This document shows, one piece after another, positions 9,083-19,034 of a stretch of DNA of 64,000 nucleotides. The DNA is taken from assembly GCA_963755025.1 (NCBI GenBank), contig CAVWIH010000015.1:29910-93909 (forward strand), read 5' to 3'. This DNA comes from an uncultured Actinomycetes bacterium (GTDB lineage: Bacteria; Actinomycetota; Thermoleophilia; UBA2241). Position 1 is the first letter of the stretch. Each line of letters opens with the position of its first letter. A model generated the notes under the pieces. It saw only the letters and a list, made by a program, of their open reading frames with translations, made no database searches and was not told where the DNA came from. The position numbers and the translations under genes are program-made.

Positions 9083-9922
9083 ATGCTGGCCGCCGCCCTC
9101 GCCCTGCTCGCCAGCCTCTCGTGGGGCACGTCCGACTTTCTCGCCGGCCTGCAGGCGCGGCGTTCCACCGCCTGGACGGCCGCCCTGGGCGGTCAGCTGG
9201 TGGCGTCGCTTTCGCTGATCGTCCTGCTGATCGCGATCGCGCCGGCGCGCCCCACGCTGGCCGCCATGGCGGCGCCCCTGGCGGGTGGCGCGGTGGGCGG
9301 CATCGGGGTCGTGCTGCAGTACCGGGCGCTGGCGCTCGTCGATATGAGCGTGGTCTCGCCGATCATCGCGGGCGCCGCCCTGGTGCCGGTGCTCTGGGGC
9401 GCGGCCATCGGCGAGCGGCCGGGCGGGCTGCAGATCGCCGGCATCGTGCTGACGCTCACCGGCATCCTCCTCATCTCGCGACGGGCGACGGGCGTCGTCG
9501 CGGCCGCTCTGGACCGCACCGGGGTGCTCGTGGCGGTGGCCGCCGCGGCCGCCTTCGGGCTGTTCCTGGTCGCCCTCAAGTACGGCGGCAAGGCCGATCC
9601 GCTGTGGACCGTGACCGTGGCGCGTACGGCGGCGGTGCTCATGCTGCTGGCCGTGGCCGGCGTGACACGGCCCGCCATCGCCCTGCGCCGCCACGCCCTG
9701 CCGGCGCTCGTGGTCGTCGGCCTGCTGATCGTGGCGGCCAACCTGCTGTTCACCTCGGCCACCACGCTCGGCTACCTGAGCATCGTGGGCGTGCTCGGCT
9801 GGCTCAACCCGGCCGTCACCATGGGCTGGGCGCGGGTCATGTTGCACGAGCGCCTGCGGCCCTTGCAGGTGGGCGCGGCCGTCCTCGTGTTCGCCGGCAT
9901 CGTGTGCCTCACGCTGGGGTGA
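9083..9922 (+). CDS. DMT / EamA family transporter
   Basis: SWGTSDFLAG, VVSPI, LHERLRPLQ; two 5-TM halves. Confidence 0.88.
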   Translation: MLAAALALLASLSWGTSDFLAGLQARRSTAWTAALGGQLVASLSLIVLLIAIAPARPTLAAMAAPLAGGAVGGIGVVLQYRALALVDMSVVSPIIAGAALVPVLWGAAIGERPGGLQIAGIVLTLTGILLISRRATGVVAAALDRTGVLVAVAAAAAFGLFLVALKYGGKADPLWTVTVARTAAVLMLLAVAGVTRPAIALRRHALPALVVVGLLIVAANLLFTSATTLGYLSIVGVLGWLNPAVTMGWARVMLHERLRPLQVGAAVLVFAGIVCLTLG

Positions 9923-10050
9923 GGCGGGGCCGCCCGGTCGCCGCCGGCGTGCGACGCACGCGCTCCAAGGCTCGTGCGTCGCGTACCCTGCCGCGCCATC
10001 GCATATAGTTCGGTGCGACGCTGCCTCGACCGATCGCCCGGAGGTGCCTC

Positions 10051-10512
10051 GTGGACGCGCTCGACCGCGACATCCTGATCGCCCTGCAACTCGACGGACG
10101 CCAGACCAACGCCCACCTGGCGGAGTCGCTGGGTCTGTCGGCGTCGGCCATGCTGGAGCGGGTGCGGAGGCTCGAGCAAGGCGGCCAGATCCTCGGCTAC
10201 CGCGCGGTCGTCGCCCCCGACGCGCTCGACCTCGGCATCCAGGCGGTGATCGGCGTGCGGCTGCGCGTGCACGGACACGAGTCGATCGAGCAGTTCGAGC
10301 GGCGCATAGGCGACGTCGCCGGAGTCGCCGGCTGCAGCCACGTGACCGGCGCCTACGACTACCTGGTGCGCATCGCGGTGCGCGACCTCGCCGCGCTGCG
10401 CGAGCTGATCCGCGTCGACATCGCCGCCATCCCCGGCGTCTCCAAGCTCGAGACCATGCTGGTCCTCTCCGAGGTCAAGCCCTTCGTCGGCTGGCCCGCA
10501 CTGCCGCGCTAG
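10051..10512 (+). CDS. Lrp/AsnC family transcriptional regulator
   Basis: DALDRDILIALQLDGR HTH, GQILGYRA, VTGAYDYL; RBS GGAGG. Confidence 0.93.
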   Translation: MDALDRDILIALQLDGRQTNAHLAESLGLSASAMLERVRRLEQGGQILGYRAVVAPDALDLGIQAVIGVRLRVHGHESIEQFERRIGDVAGVAGCSHVTGAYDYLVRIAVRDLAALRELIRVDIAAIPGVSKLETMLVLSEVKPFVGWPALPR

Positions 10513-10762
10513 CCGGCGCAGATTCTGCGGGAGCGCGTGTACGGCGCCCGGCTTGCGTGCGCGGCGACGGCAGGGATGCTCACTCGGGCACCGAAGAATC
10601 TGCGGAATCCTGCCGTTGCGTCGACGGTTCGGCATGCGCCATGCCATCATGCCGCAGGAACTCCGTCTCCTCTGGGCCGCGACTGGTCGGGACAGGCCCG
10701 CTGTCTGGGGTCGGGGCGGTGAGGCCGCCAGTGCGGCGGCGCGTTGGAGCGGGAGGTATACG

Positions 10763-12125
10763 ATGGCAGACGACGGGCAGGCATTCGACGACCGGACGGC
10801 CGCGCGCTCAGCCGCCGGCGCGAGCGGCGAAGACAGGGCCGCGCTGCGCGCGCGCCTGGCGCTCGCCCCAGCCGGCATCGCCGCCGTCAACGCCCTGCTC
10901 ACCGGCGCCGACAGTCCCCTGGTCGACGGCCTCCTCGACCTGGTCGAGCGCTACGGCGGCGTCGCCGAGATCAACCGCAAAGCGGCCCGGGCCGAGCTGC
11001 CTGGAGACGCGGCTCGAGCGCCTGCGCGCCGAGGGGTCACCCTATCTCGACGGCCTCGAGTGGCTGCGCGAGCAGCGCGACCGCGGCGCCTTCGTGACGT
11101 TGGCCGAGTACCGGCGAGGGGTGCTGGGCGCCGGCGCCGACGCCACGGCCGCCGACGAGGCCCGCGCCGTGACCCTCGAGATCAGCGCCCTGCAGTTCTT
11201 TCCCTGGCTGATCGCCGAGGCGCGGCAGGCGATCGCGCGCCGCGAGCTCATGCCCGGGCGCTACATCCGCGTGCGCAACATGGCCGAGCAGTCGGCCGCC
11301 GGCGACGACATCGTGGCCGTGGCGGCCGCCATGCAGGTGATCGGCGCCTCGCACGTGGAGACGCTCGACACGCGCGGCATCGACGGCAGCAACGTCATGC
11401 TCGGTGGCCCCGATACGATCACCGGCTACTTCGGCGGCATCGGGCAGCCCAACGAGTACCCGCTGCGCTGGGCCGACGAGTACCTGCGCTACCTCACCGA
11501 GTACGGCATCCGGCAGGTGCTGAACGTCAACCCCGGCACGGTGCTGGTCGCGTTGCTGCTGCACAAGCTCGGCGTGCAGAACGAGTTCAAGGTCTCGGTC
11601 TTCATGGGCGTCGACAACCCGTTCTCGGTGCTCTGGCTGCTCCTGGGAGCGAGCCTGCTGGCCGCCGACGACGGCTCGACGAGCCTGGCCGGTCTCAACC
11701 TGTCGAACTCGGTCGACCTGACGATGCTTCGGGAGGCGGCCCAGGTGCGCGACGCCCTGGGCCTGACCGACGCGGTGCGCCTTGAGCACCACGTCACCGA
11801 GGCCTACAAGTCGATCGTGCGCCAGCCCTACGAGCGACGCGACGAGCTCGTGGCCGCCGCCGCGACCGTCGCCAACCTGTCGGCCAAGCACGAGGGCGGC
11901 GACCCCGGCGCCGAGGCGGCCGGCGAGCACCCGAGCGACATCTTCGACTACTTCCTGTCGCGCGACGAGATCGCCGCCGGCGGGCTCATGCCGGCGCTCG
12001 AGGCCTGCTACCTGGCCAAGCACGATGCCGTGAACCGCACCGCCGACGAGCTCACGAGAGCGGGCATCGGCGTGCGTCCGGCGGCGCTGCTGCACGCACC
12101 GGCGAGCGTGGCCTCGGGCGTCTGA
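10763..12125 (+). CDS. Uncharacterised soluble enzyme-like protein (~450 aa), interrupted by a +1 frameshift near 10994
   Basis: RBS GGGAGG + ATG 10763. Frame 1 ends ...EINRKAARA; next frame continues LETRLERL...to stop 12125. Typical high-GC codon pattern in both parts. Confidence 0.7.
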
Positions 12126-12160
12126 AGCCGTCGGCGGGCGGCCGCCCGCGCCGCCCAAAC

Positions 12161-12200
12161 GCTCAGCACTCTCACAGCTTCTTCTCAGCGCAACCTCTGG
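12161..12200 (+). promoter_or_regulatory. Direct-repeat box (11-bp period), putative PhoP/MprA-type response-regulator site
   Basis: GCTCAGC-actc-TCACAGC-ttct-TCTCAGC-gcaa-CCTCTGG upstream of the sigma factor. Confidence 0.6.
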
Positions 12201-12213
12201 CTGGTCGTCGACA

Positions 12214-13092
12214 ATGCAGAGCATGGAGGATCAAGCGCTACTCGATTACCGGCCCGACGCGCCCGCGACCGACGCGGTCAGGGCGTATCTCAACGCGATC
12301 GGCAGGACGCCGCTCTTGAGTGCCGCCGAAGAGGTCGCCCTGGCGCAGCGCATCGAGCGCGGCGACGCCGACGCCAAGCGCGCGCTCACCGAGGCCAACC
12401 TGCGACTCGTGGTCTCGATCGCCAAGCGGTACGGCAACCGCGGCATGTCGCTCGCCGACCTCATCCAGGAGGGCAACTGCGGGCTCATCCGCGCCGTCGA
12501 GAAGTTCGACTACCGCAAGGGGTACAGGTTCTCGACCTACGCCACCTGGTGGATCCGTCAGGCGGTCAGCCGCGGCCTCGCCGACCAGGGCCGCACCATC
12601 CGCATCCCGGTGCACATGGTCGAAAAGATGAACCGCCTGGCCGTCGTCGAACGGCGACTCGCGGAGACCCTGGGTCGCCAGCCTTCGAGCGACGAGCTCG
12701 CGGCCGAGCTGCACGTCGACGTGGCCAAGGTGCGCGACATGCGCCGGCTCGCCGGTGAGACGATCGTGTCGCTCGACGTGGCGGTGGGCGGCGAGGGTGA
12801 GTCCGAGCTGCTCGACTTTGTCGAAGACCGGGCCGCCGCCGCTCCCGACGAGCTCGTCGGCGACGCCCTGCGCGAAGAGCACTTGAGCCGCCTGCTCGGC
12901 ACCCTCGGGCCTCGCGACCGCGCCATGATCGAGTTGCGCTACGGGCTGCGCGGCGGCCGGCCCTGCAGCGTGCAGGAGGTCGGCGACCACTTCGGTCTGT
13001 CTCGCGAACGCATCCGCCAGATCGAGGCGACCATCCTGACGCGTCTGCGCGGCCGCCGAGAGGTACAAGGATTGCGCGATCTCCTCGACTAG
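12214..13092 (+). CDS. RNA polymerase sigma-70 factor, RpoD/SigA-like lacking region 1.1 (group 2)
   Basis: DAVRAYL...[52 protein letters not shown]. Possible leaderless start at ATG 12223, 7 nt after GACAAT. Confidence 0.93.
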   Translation: MQSMEDQALLDYRPDAPATDAVRAYLNAIGRTPLLSAAEEVALAQRIERGDADAKRALTEANLRLVVSIAKRYGNRGMSLADLIQEGNCGLIRAVEKFDYRKGYRFSTYATWWIRQAVSRGLADQGRTIRIPVHMVEKMNRLAVVERRLAETLGRQPSSDELAAELHVDVAKVRDMRRLAGETIVSLDVAVGGEGESELLDFVEDRAAAAPDELVGDALREEHLSRLLGTLGPRDRAMIELRYGLRGGRPCSVQEVGDHFGLSRERIRQIEATILTRLRGRREVQGLRDLLD

Positions 13093-13110
13093 CGACGAGA
13101 GGGGTACGAC

Positions 13111-13554
13111 ATGAGATGCGCCCAAGTCGCCACTGCCGCCGACTCCACGGCCGCGCCCGCGAGCGCGGCGTGGCTCGACCCCTACCGCCCCGTGGGCACC
13201 ACAGCGCCGGCCGCCGAGTTCTCCGCCGAGTTGGTGTGGATGACCCCGCGCGTCGCGGTGGTCGCCCTGCGCGGCGAGCTCGACGCGTACACGGCGCCGC
13301 GCTTTCGCGCCCTCACCGCGAGCGCGCTGCGTCGGGGAGCGACCGCCCTGGTCGTCGACTTGGACGAAGCCGAGTTCATCGACGCGGCCGGACTGGGCGT
13401 CACGGCCGACCTCGCCCGCAGCCTCGGCGCGGGAGCGGTCGCGGTGATCGCGGGGCGATCGATGCAGCGTCTCGTGCGCATTGTCGGGCTCGACTCCGTG
13501 CTCTCACTCTGTGCGACGCGCGAGCAGGCGCTGCACGCGGTCGCGGCTGTCTGA
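13111..13554 (+). CDS. STAS domain anti-sigma factor antagonist
   Basis: VVALRGELDAYTAPRF, VVDLDEAEFIDAAGL. Confidence 0.85.
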   Translation: MRCAQVATAADSTAAPASAAWLDPYRPVGTTAPAAEFSAELVWMTPRVAVVALRGELDAYTAPRFRALTASALRRGATALVVDLDEAEFIDAAGLGVTADLARSLGAGAVAVIAGRSMQRLVRIVGLDSVLSLCATREQALHAVAAV

Positions 13555-13585
13555 GACCCAGGCCGGCGCGGGGCGGCGCGGCAGC

Positions 13586-13625
13586 CCACGGCAAGCTCTC
13601 AGCTCGCTCTCGCCGCCGGCTCAGG
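13586..13625 (+). promoter_or_regulatory. Direct-repeat box (11-bp period), putative PhoP/MprA-type site
   Basis: CCACGGC-aagc-TCTCAGC-tcgc-TCTCGCC-gccg-GCTCAGG upstream of the BlaI-family gene. Confidence 0.45.
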
Positions 13626-13734
13626 CTGTCGCCTAACGCTCGACCGTCAGGATCCTGACAACGACCGCGCACCGGCGCCCGCGGCGCCGGTGCACGGGTT
13701 CACACCATGGCAAGCGACGACGCGGAGGGAACTC

Positions 13735-14154
13735 TTGTCAACGACACTACCGGCAGGCGGCCGATCGAAGAAGGTCAGGAGCCTGAGCCCGCTCGGCCCC
13801 CTCGAAGTCGATGTCCTCACCCTCATCTGGGAGTCGGAGCCGACCACGGTGCGTGCGGTCTATGAGACCGTGCGGCTGCGCCGCCCGATCGCCTACACGA
13901 CCTGCATGACCGTCATGGGCAGCTTGGTGCGCAAAGGGTTCCTGGCGGTCGACAAGGGCGTGGTCCCGTACCTCTACCGCGTGGCGATGGCGCCCGAAGA
14001 GGTGGGAGGCATGGTCCTCGACAGCGTCGTGGCCCACCTGTGGCGCGGCGACCGTGGCGCCGCACTGGCCGAGCTGCTCGGCCTGCCGCAGGCGCTCGAC
14101 GAGCGCCAGACAGACGATCTACGCCGCGAAGCCCGCGAGCGCTTCGGCGTGTGA
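13735..14154 (+). CDS. BlaI/MecI/CopY family transcriptional regulator
   Basis: LGPLEVDVLTLIW...TVRAVYE...IAYTTCMTVMGSLVRKG; TTG start after GGAGGG. Confidence 0.85.
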   Translation: MSTTLPAGGRSKKVRSLSPLGPLEVDVLTLIWESEPTTVRAVYETVRLRRPIAYTTCMTVMGSLVRKGFLAVDKGVVPYLYRVAMAPEEVGGMVLDSVVAHLWRGDRGAALAELLGLPQALDERQTDDLRREARERFGV

Positions 14155-14234
14155 CCGCCCGACGCGGCGAGGGCCGGGGCGACGTCGGGCGCCCCGCCCT
14201 CGCCGTTTTGTGCGCCGGTCCGGCCGGCTCTTCG

Positions 14235-14969
14235 CTAGGCGATGGCCAGGGCGGCCGGCTCCGGCGTCGAGGAGGGTCGGTCGTCGGCGAGCCGCGAGTC
14301 GGAGCTCGTCACCTCACCGGCGTCGAGCCAGAGGCGCCGTGAAGCCCGATCGGCGACGCGGCTGTCGTGGGTCACCATGATGATCGTCTGGGCGCGCCCA
14401 CCCCAGAGGTCTTCGAGCAGGACGACGATCTCGTCGCGCGTGCGTTCGTCTAAGTTGCCGGTCGGCTCGTCGGCCAGGATGACGCGCGGCGCGCCCACCA
14501 GGGCGCGCGCTATGGCGACGCGTTGCTGCTCGCCGCCCGAGAGCTCGACGGGGACATGACGGGTGCGATCGGTCAGGCCGACTTCGGCCAGGGCCGCCTG
14601 CGCCCGCTCGGCGCGCTCGCCCGAGGGCGTGCCGAGCGGCACCAGGGCCGTCTCCACGTTCTCCTGGGCGGTCAGCGTGGGGATCAGGTTGAAACCCTGG
14701 AAGATGAAGCCGAACGCCTGGGCGCGCAGCTCGCCGAGCTGGGTCTCGCGCATGGTGGCGAGGTCGCGACCTTCGAAGCGCACCGCGCCGGCAGTGGGCC
14801 GGTCGAGCGCTCCGAGCATCTGCAGGAGCGTCGTCTTGCCCGATCCGGTCGAGCCCTGGATGGCCAGGAACTCGCCCTCGGCGATCGAGAGGTCCACGCC
14901 CTTCAGAGCGGCCACTCGCTGTTTGGCGCGCTGGTAGCGCTTTTGCACGTTCTGCAGTTCGTAGAGCAT
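14235..14969 (-). CDS. ABC transporter ATP-binding protein (MacB/LolD-type)
   Basis: Walker A GSTGSGKTT, FIFQGFNL, LSGGEQQRVAIARAL, ILADEPTGNLD, MVTHD; RBS AAGGAG. Confidence 0.95.
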   Translation of the reverse strand: MLYELQNVQKRYQRAKQRVAALKGVDLSIAEGEFLAIQGSTGSGKTTLLQMLGALDRPTAGAVRFEGRDLATMRETQLGELRAQAFGFIFQGFNLIPTLTAQENVETALVPLGTPSGERAERAQAALAEVGLTDRTRHVPVELSGGEQQRVAIARALVGAPRVILADEPTGNLDERTRDEIVVLLEDLWGGRAQTIIMVTHDSRVADRASRRLWLDAGEVTSSDSRLADDRPSSTPEPAALAIA

Positions 14970-14995
14970 GAGGAACTCCTTTTCGGTAACGGTCG

Positions 14996-16417
14996 TCAGT
15001 CGACCCGGCGCAGGGCGTCGGCGGGGCTCAGGCGCGCGGCCCGCCAGCCGCCCAAGGTTCCGGCTACGAGGGCGCCGGCCATGGCGAGCGCCACGGCGCT
15101 GCCCACGAGTTGCGGCGTGATGGCCGCGTGCAGGTAGACGGTCACCGTGTTCGCTACAGCGGAGACCGCCGCGCCGGGGCCTTGCCGCACGCTGCCCGCG
15201 CTGTTTGCCATCGTGGCCTGCAGGCTCGGCGACAGCACGCCGATGACCTTCGTGGCGACGAGCGCCAGCGCGACGCCGGCGACGCCGCCGGCGATACCCA
15301 TGACGGTCGCCTCGCCGAGGACCTGGGCGACGACCCGCCGGCTGCGCCAGCCCAGGGCCTTGAGCGTGCCGAACTCGCGCACGCGGCGGCCGACGGCCGA
15401 CAGCGTGAGCAGGCTGGCCACGGCGACCGCGGCGACCATGGCCGCTGCGGCGAGCCACGTGCCAAGCTCGCCGGCGAGCTTTGAGGCGCTGCTGAGCGAG
15501 CCGCTGACCTGCTTTGCCAGGTCCTGGGCGGTGGTCACGGTGGCGCCCGAGACGGTCTGTTTGATCTCGCTCTTGACGGTGGCGATCTGCGTGGCGCTGG
15601 TCGCCTTGACGTAGATCTCGTTGACCTTGCCCTGTTCGCCGGCGAGCGTCTGGGCCTGCTGGAGGGGCACGTAGATGTCGATCGACGCGGTCGTCGACTT
15701 GCTGATGCCGATCACCTTGAACGAGCTGCTGCCGAGCTTCACGGTGCCGCCCACGACGAGGCTGTGCTGCCTGGCGTACCCCGCGTCGACTATGGCGACC
15801 TTGGCGTCGGTCTCGCCGGCCGCGAAGCGGCGGCCGCCGGTGATCGTCGCCGAGCTCAGCCGCCCGACGCTCTGGTTCGAGACGTCGATGCCGGCGATCG
15901 TCAGGCTGCTGATCTTGATGGGCGCCTGGCTGGCCTTCGCCGAGCTCGTGCCCGACGCCGAGGGCTGCGCCGGGGCGCCGCCCGACGCCGAACCCGTGCC
16001 GGTCGCCTTGGCGAACTTGCCGCTCACCTGCATCGACGACAGCGTCAGCCCGCCGACCGCCGAGCTCACGCCCTTCAGGGAGCTGATCGAGGCGACCTTC
16101 GTCTCGGAGACCAGGGCCAGCCCGTTCGTCGTGGTCACGGCGGCGCGCGAGAAGCTCTGGCCCTGCTTCTGTTTGCTGCCGGGGTTCATGGCGATCTGTT
16201 GGGGACCGCCTGAGCCCTGCGTCGCCGTCCTGGTGACGCTGATGTCGGTGCCCACGCCGTAGAGGGAGTGGAGCACCTGGCTCTGCGCGTTGCGTACACC
16301 GCCGGCGGTCGCCGAGACGGTCACGACCAGGCAGATGCCGAGCGCCAGGCCGAGCGCCGTGAGGGCGGCCTGCCGGTGTCGCCGGCGCAGCTCGCGGAAC
16401 AGGTAGGTCAAGAACAC
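14996..16417 (-). CDS. ABC transporter permease (MacB/FtsX family)
   Basis: N-terminal TM, large extracellular domain, RVREFGTLKALGW, RAARLSPADALR; GTG start after GGGAGG. Confidence 0.92.
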   Translation of the reverse strand: MFLTYLFRELRRRHRQAALTALGLALGICLVVTVSATAGGVRNAQSQVLHSLYGVGTDISVTRTATQGSGGPQQIAMNPGSKQKQGQSFSRAAVTTTNGLALVSETKVASISSLKGVSSAVGGLTLSSMQVSGKFAKATGTGSASGGAPAQPSASGTSSAKASQAPIKISSLTIAGIDVSNQSVGRLSSATITGGRRFAAGETDAKVAIVDAGYARQHSLVVGGTVKLGSSSFKVIGISKSTTASIDIYVPLQQAQTLAGEQGKVNEIYVKATSATQIATVKSEIKQTVSGATVTTAQDLAKQVSGSLSSASKLAGELGTWLAAAAMVAAVAVASLLTLSAVGRRVREFGTLKALGWRSRRVVAQVLGEATVMGIAGGVAGVALALVATKVIGVLSPSLQATMANSAGSVRQGPGAAVSAVANTVTVYLHAAITPQLVGSAVALAMAGALVAGTLGGWRAARLSPADALRRVD

Positions 16418-16483
16418 GTGTGCCTCCCAGACTCGTTTCACAGATGGTGCGACCCCCACTGTGCACGCCGCCCTTGAAGCCTG

Positions 16484-16513
16484 GCGGTGAGTCTGTGGTG
16501 AGCTTGCTGTGAA
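16484..16513 (-). promoter_or_regulatory. Direct-repeat box (11-bp period), putative PhoP-type site
   Basis: Minus strand TCACAGC-aagc-TCACCAC-agac-TCACCGC; TTCACAGCAAGCTCAC is identical to 54128-54143. Confidence 0.65.
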
Positions 16514-16531
16514 GGTCTCGGAGAGGTGCGG

Positions 16532-18415
16532 TCAGCCGCGCAGGAAGTTGGCCAGCAGGTCGAGGCCGCCGGCGCTCAGCATGCTCTCGGGGTGGAACTG
16601 CACGCCGTAAGCGGGCAGCGCGCGGTGGGCGACGGCCATCACGAGGCCGTCGTCGGTCCAGGCGGTGAGGCGCAGGTCGGTCGGCAGGTCGCGCAGGTGC
16701 AGGGAGTGGTAGCGCGTGAACAGCGCCGGGTCGGGCAGGCCGGCAAACAGGCCGTCGCCGTGGTGACGCACCGTGTGGGCCTCACCGTGCACCGGCCGCG
16801 GAGTGCGTTCCAGGCGCGCCCCCAGCGCCACGCCCAGCGCCTGGTGGCCCAGACAGACGCCCAGCAGCGGCTGCCGGCGGCGCAGAGCGGCGGCGACCCA
16901 GTCGAGCAGCCGGCCCGAGCCGGCCGGGTCGCCCGGGCCGGGCCCCAGCACCACGTGCGAGGCGCGAGCCAGGAGCTCGTCGGCCGGTGCGACGCGGTGG
17001 TCGACGACCGTTACCTGCGCGCCCAGCGTACGCAGGTAGTCGACGATGTTGTGGCTGAACGAGTCGTGACACTCGACGAACAGCACGCGGCCCCCGGGCA
17101 CGTCGCGCGGCCGCGGGGGCCGCCAGGCGTGGTCGAGGGTCGGCGGCGCCGGCTCGTAGCCGGAGCGTCCGCCGTCCAGCACGCGCAGCAGCGCCGCCGC
17201 CTTGTGGCGGGTCTCGTCGTATTCGCTTGCCGGATCGCTCTCGATCACCGTGCCGCCGCCGGCCGAGATGTGGCCGCGGCCCTCGGCGAGGGTGAGGCTG
17301 CGGATGAGGATGTTGAAGTCGCAGCGACGCCCGGAGACGTAGCCCAGCGACCCGGTGTAGGCGCCGCGAGGCGCCGGTTCGAGGCGGGCGATCTCGCTCA
17401 TCACACTCTCTTTGGGGGCGCCGGTGATGGTGCCGCCGGGGAAGATCGCTCGCACCAGCGCGCCGAGCGCGGCGCTGGAGCGGCCGTGCACCTCGCTCAC
17501 CAGGTGCATGACGTGGCTGTAGCGCTCCACGGTGAACGCTTCGCCGACCTCGATGCTGCCGGGGGCGCAGACCCGTGCGAGGTCGTTGCGCAACAGGTCG
17601 ACGAGCATGACGTGCTCGGCCAGCTCCTTGGGCGAGCCGCGCAGCTCGGCCTCGAGGGCGGCGTCGGCCGTGGCCGTGGCGCCCCGCGGCCGCGTGCCGG
17701 CGATGGGCCGCGTGCTGACCGTCTCGCCGTCGCGCGCGAACAGGCGCTCGGGGCTGCCCGACACGACCGCCCAGTCGCGACCTTCGACGATGCCCATGAA
17801 GGGACTTGGATTGGTCGCGCGCAGGCGGGCGTAGTAGGCCAGCGGGTCGAGGTCGTCGGCGGCGAAGCTGAAGCGGTGCGAGAGGTTGACCTGGTAGACC
17901 CAACCCGCCCTGATACGCTCCTGAACGGCCCGCACGCCGGCGATGTAGTCGTCGCGCGCGTAGTCGCTGCGCGTGGCGATGTGGGGTAGCGCGGCGCGCG
18001 GGGCCGCGGCGCCCTCGAGGCGCGGGTCGCGCGCCGGCGGCTCGCCGACCAGGCGGCCGTCGCGCCACAGCCAGCCGTCGTCGTAGAGGCAGAAGGCCGC
18101 CTCGGGCAGGCCGGGAAGGGCGGCGCCCGTCGGCAACCCCAGACGCGCGGCGAACTCGTAGCTGAAGAAGCCGACCCAGACGGGAAAGTCGCGCCCGGGG
18201 CTGAGGCCCGTCTCGAGCTCGGCGAGCAGGTCGTCGGCCGCGCCGATCGCGGCGCCGTCTTCGTAGAGCGATCCGTCCCAGACCTCGAGCCGGCGGCGCG
18301 GGGCCACGGCCAGCAGGGCGCGCCGCGAGAAGGCAGTCGGCGGACCGAGAGACTCGAGCAACGCCGGTCGCAGTCCGGCGTTGCGCGCCGCGGCGTAGAT
18401 TGTCAGGGGATCCAA
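16532..18415 (-). CDS. Fused chorismate-binding synthase (anthranilate / aminodeoxychorismate synthase component I) + C-terminal class I glutamine amidotransferase
   Basis: LLES, NPSPFM, GSPERL, PIAGT, EHVMLVDLLRND, FPGGTITGAPK; GATase GPGPG, GVCLGHQ, QFHPES. Confidence 0.9.
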   Translation of the reverse strand: MDPLTIYAAARNAGLRPALLESLGPPTAFSRRALLAVAPRRRLEVWDGSLYEDGAAIGAADDLLAELETGLSPGRDFPVWVGFFSYEFAARLGLPTGAALPGLPEAAFCLYDDGWLWRDGRLVGEPPARDPRLEGAAAPRAALPHIATRSDYARDDYIAGVRAVQERIRAGWVYQVNLSHRFSFAADDLDPLAYYARLRATNPSPFMGIVEGRDWAVVSGSPERLFARDGETVSTRPIAGTRPRGATATADAALEAELRGSPKELAEHVMLVDLLRNDLARVCAPGSIEVGEAFTVERYSHVMHLVSEVHGRSSAALGALVRAIFPGGTITGAPKESVMSEIARLEPAPRGAYTGSLGYVSGRRCDFNILIRSLTLAEGRGHISAGGGTVIESDPASEYDETRHKAAALLRVLDGGRSGYEPAPPTLDHAWRPPRPRDVPGGRVLFVECHDSFSHNIVDYLRTLGAQVTVVDHRVAPADELLARASHVVLGPGPGDPAGSGRLLDWVAAALRRRQPLLGVCLGHQALGVALGARLERTPRPVHGEAHTVRHHGDGLFAGLPDPALFTRYHSLHLRDLPTDLRLTAWTDDGLVMAVAHRALPAYGVQFHPESMLSAGGLDLLANFLRG

Positions 18416-18620
18416 GAACGAGCCCTCCTCGATCGTCGCAGTGCCGACAGGTGCGAGGTAGGGTGGCCGTGGGGCGGCCTAGGACTTGCCTCAAATGGTC
18501 TGTTCCCGGCCAGTGTAGCGCGCCGGCAAGCCGGGGTGCGACCGGGCGCCAGCAGATTCGCCGGACGAGCGACGGGGTACCTCCGGGGCGCACCCTGAAA
18601 AGCGGACGAAAGGCACAGCC

Positions 18621-19034
18621 ATGGCGTTCATCGACAAAACGACCGAGATCGCGGCCGACATTCGCACGGTGTACGACGTCTGGAGCGCTTTCGAGGACTT
18701 TCCGAAGTTCATGGAGACCGTCGAGACGGTGACGCTGGTCCAGGACGACCGGCTGCACTGGGTGGCGGTGATCGAAGACGACACCTTCGAGTGGGACGCC
18801 GACGTCGTCCACCATGTGCCCGACGAGAAGGTCACCTGGCGCGCCGTCGACGGCCGCGAGACCGGCGAGGTCCGCTTTGAGAAGCTCGCCGCCGACATGA
18901 CGAAGGTGACCTACCAGCTCGAGTACGACCCGGCGGCCTGGGAGGGCAAGGCCGACACCGTGCGCCACTGGATGAATCGCCGCGTCGACACCGACCTTGC
19001 CGCCTTCAAGGCGCTGCTCGAGGCGACCGACTGA
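18621..19034 (+). CDS. SRPBCC family (cyclase/dehydrase-like) protein
   Basis: TVYDVWSAFEDFPKFM...EWDADV...DLAAFKALLE. Confidence 0.88.
   Translation: MAFIDKTTEIAADIRTVYDVWSAFEDFPKFMETVETVTLVQDDRLHWVAVIEDDTFEWDADVVHHVPDEKVTWRAVDGRETGEVRFEKLAADMTKVTYQLEYDPAAWEGKADTVRHWMNRRVDTDLAAFKALLEATD

Noticed and set aside
14235-16466. 743-aa ORF suggesting a long ABC ATPase fusion
   Set aside because: Only the last 244 aa (from ATG 14969, with RBS) are ATPase; the upstream part is an off-frame read of the permease.
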